Positions 25,669 to 37,319 of a DNA stretch of 64,000 nt are shown piece after piece (positions within the stretch are counted from its first letter, which is position 1; each line of letters begins with the position of its first letter). Where the stretch lies: NCBI GenBank assembly GCA_964016885.1, contig OZ024764.1, forward strand, positions 11,904,001-11,968,000. Direction: 5' to 3'. The DNA comes from Eledone cirrhosa. Lineage: Eukaryota. The translations under genes were made by a program, and so were the position numbers. Under the pieces are notes generated by a model. It searched no databases, was not told the origin of the DNA, and saw only the letters and a program-made list of their open reading frames with translations.

Positions 25669-26560
25669 CGAGGTGTGTCAGAAAAGTTCCAGGATTGATG
25701 TCACAAAAGATTTATTTCAAACCCAAACTTCACACTAAGAGTTTTCTCCTTCAAAGTAATCCCCCTTGGAGTCTAATGCAACTTTTCCATCCTTTTCTGC
25801 CACGCTTGCATGCACTCCTGGAAGGATTCTTCCGGGATCCTCCGCAGTTCCGTTGTCACGGCCTTTTTGATGTCGCCCACGTCTTCAAAACGGGTCCCCT
25901 CCAGGTCGTACTCGAAGATCCATGACTCATCACCGGTGATGACTGTCCCTAGCAAGTCTGGTTCGGTTTCAAGACGCTCGAGGATGTCCTGGCACACTTG
26001 CATGCGTCGACCCTTCTGGTCATCGTTCAGCAGTTTTGGCACCATCTTCGCACAGACTTTCCGCATGTCCAAATCTTCAGTGAGAATCTTCCAGACGCTG
26101 TCCCGATTCATGCCCAGCTCATTTGCCATCACTCAAACAGTCAGCCGACGATCGCTATGCACCATCTGCCTGATGCGCTCAACATTGACCTCAGTCCTGG
26201 TTGTTGAGGGCCTTCCACTCCTGGGGTCATCTTGCACCACTCAAAAACACGTGAGCGTGACATCGTCTCATCTCCATACACTTGCTGCAGCAATCCCGTG
26301 CTTCTAACAGAGTTTTCCCCAACCGTACCAGAAACTTCAAATTTGTTCTTTGTTCTGTGCTCATTGCTTGACTTGACGACCTGAAACAGAGGACATGTAT
26401 ATAAAATTATGAAGAAAAAGGTTTGATCGCTGCAGAGAGCTAAGATTACAGTTCCATACTCCAGGGGGATTACTTTGAAGGAGAAAACTCTTAGTGTGAA
26501 GTTTGGGTTTGAAATAAATCTTTTGTGACATCAGTCCTGGAACTTTTCTGACACACCTCG
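25669..26560 (-). mobile_element. Internally deleted mariner (Tc1/mariner) transposon
   Basis: About 100-bp inverted termini CGAGGTGTGTCAGAAAAG flanked by TA. Decayed transposase ...KMVPKLL...VITGDESWIFEYD is joined directly to the C-terminal LEGTRFEDVGDIKKAV, so the rest of the catalytic domain is missing. Confidence 0.9.
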
Positions 26561-26732
26561 TATATCAATACATACATACAGTTCCCGTCCCACCCTTGCA
26601 AGCAGGGAAAAAGCAGACGTAAAATGATGATGATGATGATGTTACATACATTTATATATATATATATACACACATACATACATACATTCATATATATATA
26701 TATATATATATATTAAAACACATATACATACA

Positions 26733-26772
<40 letters not shown>

Positions 26773-26814
26773 TATACATACATTTATATATATATATATA
26801 TACACACACATACA

Positions 26815-26854
<40 letters not shown>

Positions 26855-26897
26855 TATACATACATTTATATATATATATATACACACACATACATTC

Positions 26898-26931
<34 letters not shown>

Positions 26932-27129
26932 GAATGTATGTGTGTGTATATACACACACACACATTTATATATATATATATGTATGTATCAATACATATA
27001 TACTTCCATGCGTAGAAGTATATGTTCAACATACCTGTACTTCATGCACTAGCAATATATAAGTGTGTACTGGGTGTATATAAAATGTATATATATATAT
27101 ATATATATATATACATACACACTGCCAAT

Positions 27130-29590
27130 AATTGTTTCTGCTTTTGGCACAAGGCCAGCAATTACCCCAGTACATTACTGGTACTTTATTTTATCGACCC
27201 TGTAAGGATGAAAGGCAAAGTCAACCTCGGCGGGATTTGAACTCAGACCATAAAGGGCCGTAACTCTATGCTGCAAAGCATGGCGTCCGACCCTCTACCG
27301 ATACTGCCAATCCACCCACCAACTCAGAACGTAAAGGGCCACAACTCTGTGCTACAAAGTACGGCGTCCGACCCTCTACTGATACTGCCAATCCACCCAC
27401 CAACTCAGAACGTAAAGGGCCACAACTCTGTGCTACAAAGCATGGCGTCCGACCCTCTACCGATACTGCCAATCCACCCACCAACTCAGAACGTAAAGGG
27501 CCACAACTCTGTGCTACAAAGTACGGCGTCCGACCCTCTACTGATACTGCCAATCCACCCACCAACTCAGAACGTAAAGGGCCACAACTCTGTGCTACAA
27601 AGCATGGCGTCCGACCCTCTACCGATTCTGCCAATCCACCCACCAACTCAGAACGTAAAGGGCCACAACTCTGTGCTACAAAGCATGGCGTCCGACCCTC
27701 TACCGATTCTGCCAATCCACAATAATAAGGATTTCTGATTTTGCCACAGGGCCAACAATTTGGGGAAAGGGAGAGTCGATTAAATCAACTCCAGTACATT
27801 ACTGGTACTTTGTTTCATCAACCCTGCACGCATGAAAGGCAAAGGGCCATAACTCTGCAAAGCACGGTGCCGGACGCTCTACCGATCACTGCCAAACCAC
27901 CAATAATAATAATAATAATTGTTTATATGTTTGGCACAAGGCCAGCAATCACCCAGTGCATTACTGGTACTTTATTTTATCGACCCCCGTAAGGATGAAA
28001 GGCAAAGTCAACCTCGGCGGGATTTGAACTCAGACCGTAAAGGGACGTAACTCTATGCTGGGAAGCATGGCGTCAGACCCTCTACCGATACTGCCAATCC
28101 ACCCACCAGCTCAGAACGTAAAGGGCCATAACTCTATGCTGCAAAGTATTGTGTCCGACCCTCTACCGAAACTGCCAATTCACCCACCAGCTCAGAACGT
28201 AAAGGGCCATAACTCTATGCTGCAAAGTATTGTGTCCGACCCTCTACCGAAACTGCCAATTCACCCACCAGCTCAGAACGTAAAGGGCCATAACTCTATG
28301 ATGCAAAGTATTGTGTCCGACCCTCTACCGATACTGCCAATCCACCTATAATAATAATAATAATAATCAACACTGAAAGGCTGCCAGCCATGCCTAAACC
28401 CTAAACCAGAAACCAGTGGATTGGCAGCATAGAGTTGTGGCCCTTTACGTTCTGAGTTGGTGGGTGGATTGGCAGTATCGGTAGAGGGTCGGACACCGTA
28501 CTTTGTAGCACAGAGTTGTGGCCCTTTACGTTCTGAGTTGGTGGGTGGATTGGCAGATTCAGTAGAGGGTCGGACACCATACTTTGTAGCACAGAGTTGT
28601 GGCCCTTTACGTTCTGAGTTGGTGAGTGGATTGGCAGATTCAGTAGAGGGTCGGACACCGTACTTTGTAGCACAGAGTTGTGGCCCTTTACGTTCTGAGT
28701 TGGTGGGTGGATTGGCAGTATCGGTAGAGGGTCGGACACCGTACTTTGCAGCATAGAGTTACGGCCCTTGCCATTCTGAATTCAAATCCCGCCGAGGTTA
28801 ACTTTGCCTTTCATCCTTACGGGAGTCGATAAAATAAAGTACCAGTAATACACTGGTGTAATTGCTGGCCTTGTGCCAAAAGTAGAAACAATTATTATTG
28901 GTAGATTGTCAGAATCGGTAGAGTGTCATCAACATGCTTTGTGGTATAGAGTTACGTCCCTTTTCAGTTCTGAGTTCAAATCCCACCGAGGTTACCTTTG
29001 CCTTTCATCCTTACGGGGTCGATAAAATAAAGTACCAGTAATACACTGGGTCGATTTAATTGACTTTCCTCTTCCCCAGAAAATTGCTGGCCTTGTGCCT
29101 AAATCTAGAGCGTTGGACAACACACTTTGCAGCATAGAGTTATGGCCCTTTACATTCTGAGTTCAAATCCCGCTGAGGTTAACTTTGCCTTTCATCCTTA
29201 CGGGGGTCGATAAAATAAAGTACCAGTAATGTACTGGGGGTAATTGCTGGCCTTGTGCCTAAAGTAGAAACAATTATTATTGGGCAGTATCGGTGGAGCA
29301 TCAGACTCCATGCTTTGGAGTATAGAGTGACGGCCCTTTACAATCTGAATTCAAATCCCGCCGAGGTTAACTTCAATAAAATAAAGTACCAGGGTAATTG
29401 CTGGCCTTGTGCCTAAAGTAGAAACAATTATTATTGGGCAGTATCGGTGGAGCATCATACACCATGCTTTGGAGTATAGAATGACGGCCCTTTACAATCT
29501 GAATTCAAATCCCGCCGAGGTTAACTTCAATAAAATAAAGTACCAGTAATGCACTGGGATAATTGCTGGCCTTGTGCCAAAAGTAGAAAC
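27130..29590. mobile_element. Dense cluster of tRNA-derived SINE family 2 in both orientations, with 81-bp head arrays
   Basis: tggcagtatcggtagag (A-box-like)...GAGTTCAAATCC (B box) followed by gcctttcatccttacggggtcgataaaataaagtaccag. Confidence 0.85.
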
Positions 29591-31254
29591 AATTAATTTG
29601 ATAATTAAAACACAAAGGCAATATACTCTCGTTAGAAATATGACTACAAAAGGGGTTATTTAATTAAAATAGAGTGTATTTCATTAGAAATATGATCACA
29701 AAAGGGTTAAAAAATTTTTTACAAAAAGACCCCTAATTCTTTGTTCTTCATCAACAAATAAAATGGGATTTTCTCTTTTAAGGAAGCAACTTTGAATCCC
29801 GGCTAGATCCTTGTTAAACCCTGGCCCCTGAAAAATATTTCTACATTTAAAGTAAACAGTACAATAACCCCATACCCTGCCCCCACCACATCCCAACTCT
29901 CCCCCACCCAAACTGATTTTTGGGGGTTGGGGAGAAGGTTTAGGGGTAGTAGGGGGTTTATCAACAAATAGAATTAAAAGATTAATTACAAGAAGAAGAC
30001 GAAGAAGAAGAAGAAGAAGAAGAAGAAGAAGAAGAAGAAGAAGAAGAAGAAACTACCTTAGGAAAAGGAAAGCAACTTTCTACCTTCTAAATGAAAGCCC
30101 TAATAAAATGAATATCCCCACCCTAACCCCCACCGCCTCCCTAAGTTTAAATGAAAAAGGTATTCAACAAGAGACCCCAGAATTTTTTTATTTTTTTTAT
30201 CAACAAATAAATTCCCTTAGGAAAGGAAGGCAACTCTCTACTCCCTAAAACACACCCCTAAAAAACAAATGAACATGCCTGTGTTTCAATGAAAAAGATT
30301 CAACAAGAGCCCTAAATTCTTTTTATCAACAAATAAATGAAAGATTACAGCAAACAAGCTCCCTTAGGAAAGGAAAACAACTCTCTACCCCCTAAGACAA
30401 AGCCCTAAAAAGCAAAACAAGAAAACAAATGAACGAAAACCCTAAACATCCTTGAGTTTAAATGAAAAATATATTCAACAAGAGACCCGTAAATTTTTTT
30501 ATCAACAAATAAGTGAAAGATTACAGCAAACAAATTCCCTTAGGAAGGGGAAGCAACTCTGTATCTTCCCCTCCCTGCCCACCATCTAACACCCCTGACC
30601 CCAATATTTCTCCATCTTAAAAACCAAACAAATAAAAGGCACCTACTTTTTTTTTATTTTCTATTTTATTTTCTATTTTAGAATTTTTTTTTTTTGGAAG
30701 ATGGTAGGGGGGGGCGTCGGTGTCGTCATCTTCAGCAAATAAGATGAAAGACTTCCTTTAAAGAAACCCCCTACCCCCAGCCCACCCCCACCCTCCTTCC
30801 CTACCCCTTACCTGAATATTTCTTCATTCAAAACCGAGAAGACAATGGGAAACTAAATTGTATTCTATTTTTCAACAAAAATACAAAACAAAACAAAAAA
30901 ATTACATCACCATCCAAAAAATAAATAAAAAAAAAAGACCCCTTTCCCACCTCCACCCCAACCCTTCAGTTACTATATTTATTTTTTTTAATGAAGCACA
31001 CTACATTACTATTAATTAACCCTTTCGTGACCCTATTTCTGATGTAATACACCATATTTTAATTAATTATCTAATTCGTAAGCGCATTTCTAATCAAACT
31101 CACTCTAGTTTAATTAATACACACACATCCTGTAATAATTTTGTAAAAAAATATCTAAAACCTGGATCGTAATTCAAATGTTCAGAGTGTCTTTACAAGT
31201 AGACAGGTTGCTGTGAACATTTCCACTATTATCTCTTAATATTATTATTATTTT

Positions 31255-32165
31255 TTGGTGGATTGGCAGTATAGGTAGAGGGTCGGACGCCATGCTTTGA
31301 CGCATAGAGTTACGTCCCTTTATGTTCAAATCCCATCGAGGTTGACTTCAAATCCCATTGAGGTTGACTTTGTCTTTCATCCTTACGGGGTCGATAAAAT
31401 AAAGTACCAGTAATGCACAGGGTAATTGCTGGCCTTGTGCCTAAAGTAGAAACAATTATTATTATTATTTGGTGGATTGGCAGAGTAGGTAGAGGGTCGG
31501 ACGCCATCCTTTGACGCATAGAGTTACGTCCCTTTATGGTCTGAGTTCAAATCCCGTCGAGGTTAACTTTGCCTTTCATCCTTACGGGGTCGATGAAATA
31601 AAGTACCAGTAATACACTGGGATAATTGCTGGCCTTGTGCCTAACGTAGAAACAATTATCTCTTAACATTCTGTAATGATTTCACAGAAAATATCTAAAA
31701 AACCAAGTTTGTTAATTCAAATGTTTATAGTATCTTTACTAGTGAACAGATTGTCAGATCGTCTGTGCTAAACCCATTACAGGTGTGTCAAGGAATTATG
31801 TTAATTAACTGTTGTATTACACCTGATGTCCCCTATCCATACACATGCACACGTGTATATCATGACTCATGCTCTGTTCATTTTCCTGACGTTTGTACAT
31901 TACCCTATGTACTATACTATACATACACTTTTGATGAGTTGTAGTGCACCTGAGCACTGTACACAATATTTTCATTGGTGAATTGGCAGTATCGGTAGAG
32001 GGTCGGACGCCATGCTTTGACGCATAGAGTTACAGCCCTTGCCATTCTGAGTTCAAATCCCAGCGAGGTTAACTTTGCCTTTCATCCTTACGGGGTCGAT
32101 AAAATAAAGTACCAGTAATGCACTGGAGTAATTGCTGGCCTCGTGCCAAAAAGTAGAAACAATTA
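31255..32165 (+). mobile_element. SINE family 2, three copies
   Basis: Same head and body motif. Further copies at about 1965-2225, 48797-48980 and 53900-53990. Confidence 0.8.
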
Positions 32166-32438
32166 TTATTATATGTATGTCTACCTGTTTTGCCATAAAA
32201 TACAAACAAAAGGGGGCATAACTCAGCTACAAAATCAAGTAAGGGGTGGGTCTCTTCCTACCACCCTCATCACTTCATAATTCCCCTCCCACGGGGAGAT
32301 ATATTCTAAATCTGCTTCAAGATTGTACATCAGCAACAAACAACAAACACTTATGTGTGTGTGTGTGTGTGTGTATGTATATATATATTGATTAAATCTT
32401 AACCATCTACCATGTCAGGGTATGTCATATATCATTTT

Positions 32439-32503
32439 ATTTTATCTGATGAGGACGTACTGTTGAACTTAATTCAGTACCTCTGAAATATCTATAATAA
32501 AAT
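32439..32503 (+). ncRNA. Minimal type-I hammerhead motif, family A-related
   Basis: attttat-CTGATGA-ggacgtactg...cagtacctct-GAAA-tatcta-TA-ataaaat. Stem II has a different sequence but still pairs (gtactg/cagtac). Confidence 0.62.
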
Positions 32504-32781
32504 ATAACTGATCACAAGGATATCTATTTTGTTAATATTTTGAATTAATATTAATAACTCTCGAAAATATTTCCTGTAGACTGCTTCCAATCTATTGTAA
32601 AACTCATTCTTTGATGTATTCGTTGAATCTTGTTTAACTCTTAAATATATATATATATATCGTTATACTTAGGGAGGCTCATATTTGTGTAATAATATTG
32701 CCAGAATTAATCCCTAAGTATAACAATATTTGTTTTGACACGATTTCATATCAAAAGCCTCGCAAAACTAATTCATCGCCG

Positions 32782-32832
<51 letters not shown>

Positions 32833-32858
32833 GTATAAAAATCAATACAATATAATTA

Positions 32859-32928
32859 CCTCATTACCAGAGGTTTCCCGAATGAGGTGAATACGAAAGA
32901 AACGTCTTCATTCGTTCGTCAGACGAGG
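32859..32928 (-). ncRNA. Type-I hammerhead motif with extended stem II
   Basis: Minus strand: cctcgt-CTGACGA-acgaatga...tcattcgg-GAAA-cctctgg-TA-atgagg. Confidence 0.62.
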
Positions 32929-33199
32929 CAATATAAAACATGGGTAAATACTTGGAAAGTCTCATCAAGAAAAGCAAAAAAAAACAAAAAAAACAAAAAA
33001 GATATAGACAAATGAATTAGAATATGAAATATATAATAATCTTTCAAGAAATATAATACATATGTGCATACACATATATGCACATCTGTGAGCGTATATA
33101 CATACATATACACACACCCAACTATATTTCTTGAAAGATTATTATATATTTCATATTCTAATTCATTTGTCTATATCTTTTTTGTTTATATATATATAA

Positions 33200-33711
33200 T
33201 CATTCATTTCATTTTTACGTCCACTTTTCCCTGTTTGCAAGGGTGGGACGGGAACTGATTCTGGCTTGATTTCTACAGCTGGATGCCCTTCCTAACACCA
33301 ACCTCATTTACAGTGAGTGCTGGGTGCTTTTTTGCTGTGACACCTCCACGACCACTTTGCAGTGGAATGATAGGGACCCCCAGCCCCTATCATCTCATTT
33401 CTACAGCTGAGTAAACTGGAGCAATGTGAAATAAAGTGTCTTGCTCAAGGAAACAACACATCACCCGGTCTGATAATTGAACTCGCAATCTTTCGATTGC
33501 AAGGCCAATGCTCTAACCCCTAAGCCATGTGCCTTCAAGGAAACAACACGTCACCCGGTCTGAGAATTGAACTCGCAATCTTTCGATTGCAAGGCCAATG
33601 CTCTAACCCCTAAGCCATGTGCCTTCAAGGAAACAACACGTCACCCGGTCTGAGAATTGAACTCGCAATCTTTCAATTGCAAGGCCAATGCTCTAACCAC
33701 TGAGCCATGTG

Positions 33712-33715
<4 letters not shown>
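33200..33715 (-). mobile_element. SINE family 1 with a triplicated tRNA-like head
   Basis: Three copies of cacccggtctgagaattgaactc...gccatgtgcc. Confidence 0.8.
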
Positions 33716-33786
<71 letters not shown>

Positions 33787-34125
33787 ATTCGATCGTTCCT
33801 CGAGCAGACTGACAGTGAAACATATGTAATATGTAATTAAATATGTATATGATGCAACACTGATTCTTTGTTCCCTATTTATATATATACATATGAGAGA
33901 TTACCTCCCCCTGCTTCTGCTGGAGTCCGCCTAGTGGCTCTAGTTATCAGCTTACAAAATTTCATAGCTAAAGGCTTTCAAATGTTCATTCATAAATATA
34001 CCGTATATCACTAGATATAATAATACACACACACACACACATATATATATAATATATATATACATATACACACATACATAGAAACACACACACACATATA
34101 TATACATATACACACATACATAGAA

Positions 34126-34166
<41 letters not shown>

Positions 34167-34181
34167 CACACATACATAGAA

Positions 34182-34223
<42 letters not shown>

Positions 34224-34444
34224 ATAGAAACACACACACATATATATATATGTGTAAAATGAGTCAGACCATTATTCCATAGAGTACTCGATACATGGAA
34301 TAGTAGAGTGTGGTTATATTATACAGAGTCAGGGCTCAACAACTCAGCTCTTGTCCTGTCAACAGCCAGTTCTAGACTGATACATAATCGATTTGTAAGC
34401 CTGGTATAACAAGCCACATCGACACTGGAATTGTTCCTTTACTT

Positions 34445-34482
34445 TCCTCTGAAGAAGAGATATTAATCTCGAAATATCAGGA
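34445..34482 (+). ncRNA. Very minimal hammerhead-like motif
   Basis: tcct-CTGAAGA-agagatattaatctc-GAAA-ta-TC-agga. Stem III is essentially absent, so it could only work as a dimer. Confidence 0.4.
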
Positions 34483-34597
34483 CATGTAAATGAATTATTT
34501 ATCTGTCCAATCCACATTGTCGTGGCTTTCAAACTTCAAATTCCTTATACCATATATATATACATACATATGTGTGTGTGTCTGTATGTATATATAT

Positions 34598-34716
<119 letters not shown>

Positions 34717-34919
34717 ATATATTTATTTATATATATATATATACTTTTATTTATATATATATATATATTTATTTATATATATATATATATTTATTTATAT
34801 ATATATATATTTATTTATATATATATATATATATATTTATTTATATATATATTTATTTATATATATATATATTTATGTATTTATATATATATATATATTT
34901 ATTTATATATATATATATA

Positions 34920-34964
<45 letters not shown>

Positions 34965-35007
34965 TTATATATATATATATATATTTATTTATTTATATAT
35001 ATATATA

Positions 35008-35088
<81 letters not shown>

Positions 35089-35580
35089 ATACTTGGGGAG
35101 GGTCATATTTGTGTAATATTGCCAGAATTAATAACAGAACACACTTACTGTTTGGTTGGTTTTCGCTTTTCGCTTCTGTGTCTTTTATATCGGTAATCTA
35201 ATTTATTCGGTCCTCAATGTTGCCATTGACTGACCAACGGTCAAAAATACAGATACAATATAGACACAAACACATATATCTAGTTTATCATTTGTGCCTA
35301 TATTGTGTCTATATTGTGTTTATTATTTGTGTCTATATTGTATCTGTATTTTTGACCGTTGGTCAGTCAATGGCAATATTGAGGACCGAATAAATTAGAT
35401 TACCGATACAAAAGACACAGAAGCGAAAACCGAAAACCAACCAAACAGTGAGTGTGTTCTGTTATTAATTCTGGCAATATTACACAAATATGACCCTCCC
35501 CAAGTATAACAATATTTGTTTCGACACACGATTTCATATCAAAAACCTCGCAAAACTAATTCATCGCCGTTAAATATATA

Positions 35581-35639
<59 letters not shown>

Positions 35640-35744
35640 TTATATATTTATATATATATATTTATATATTTATATATATATATATTTATATATTTATATA
35701 TATATATATTTATTTATATATTTATATATATGTATATATATATT

Positions 35745-35779
<35 letters not shown>

Positions 35780-35834
35780 ATATTTATTTATATATATATG
35801 TATATATATATTTATATATATATATATATTTATT

Positions 35835-35889
<55 letters not shown>

Positions 35890-36085
35890 TTATATATATA
35901 TGTATATATATATCTATATATATATACAACTGTGTATATATATATACAAATGTGTATATATATACATGTGTGTATATATATGTGTGTATATATTATATAC
36001 ATATATATATATAAACACATATACACAAACACACACATATATATACATATATATATATATTCACATATATATGTGTGTATATATA

Positions 36086-36131
<46 letters not shown>

Positions 36132-37165
36132 CATATATACATATACAATCATCATAGAAGGAAAACATCCTAGAAAGACCTAACTGCAAGCTACAACAAT
36201 TATGTGCAAACTACAACAACAACTACAACAACAACAAAGACAACAATGAAAACACAATCAACAACAACAACAACAACAACACCAACAAAACAACAACACC
36301 AATGTCAACATTAGCAACGACAACATCGACTGCATGACTGCAAATGCACATGTGCAATGAAACGCAATGGATATGAAATGAAGTGAGGTGAGGTGAGGTG
36401 TGAGGCAACGAGCTGAGACAAGGTGAAGTGATGTGTGTAGGCTGGGGTTGGGGGCGTAGTATGGGTGGGGTATGGAGAGGGGTGAGTGTGTGGTGGGAGG
36501 GTGACGGTGGGGTGGTGGTGTGTGGTGGCGGTTGGGTGTGTGGTGGGAGTGGGGTGCTGTGGCGGTGGATCGTTGTGGGGCTGATGGGAGGGCAGCGGTG
36601 GCCGTGGTGGTGTGTGGTGGGAGGGTAGTGGTGGTGGTTGGGTGTGTGGTGGGAGTGGGGTGTTGTGGGGGGTTAAGCGTGGAGGGGTGGGTGGCGGGCA
36701 GTCGGGGCGGTGGTGGTGTGTGGTGGGAGGGCAGTGGTGGTGGTTGGGGTGTGGTGGGAAGGCAGTGGTGGTGGTTGGGTGTGTGTGGTGGTGGTAGGAG
36801 GGCACTGGTGGTGGTGGTGGACGTGTGGTGAGGTGTGGTGTTAGTGGTGGTGGGGGTTATCTTTGTGGTGGTGCTGCCATTGGTTGGGTCACTGATAGGG
36901 TGGTGGTGGAGCTATCACTGTGGTAACATTTGTATGACTATCGTGGTGGTGGTGGTGGTGGTGGGGTTTGTGGTGAGGGGGGGGCAGTGGTGGAGAGGAA
37001 ATAGGGGAGGGTGAAGGTGTTTTTTACAACAACAAAATGTTTTTAATATATACATATATATGTATATGTGTATGTGTATATATATATATATAAACACACA
37101 CATATGTATGTATATATATATGTATATATATATATATATATATAAACACATATGTATATACATAC

Positions 37166-37208
<43 letters not shown>

Positions 37209-37263
37209 TACACATATATATACACATATATATATACATATGTTTGGATATGAAAATTCTTAC

Positions 37264-37275
37264 CTTGGTGTCCAT
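37264..37275 (-). CDS. unc5: Putative 12-nt microexon between the TSP1 repeats (adds D-G-H-Q)
   Basis: Minus strand reads ttttcttcttccacaaaatgcttcttttccaaag|ATGGACACCAAG|gtaaga. Strong polypyrimidine tract, UGC near the 3' splice site, phase 1-1, no stop. Confidence 0.65.
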
Positions 37276-37319
37276 CTTTGGAAAAGAAGCATTTTGTGGA
37301 AGAAGAAAATGAATGAGAT

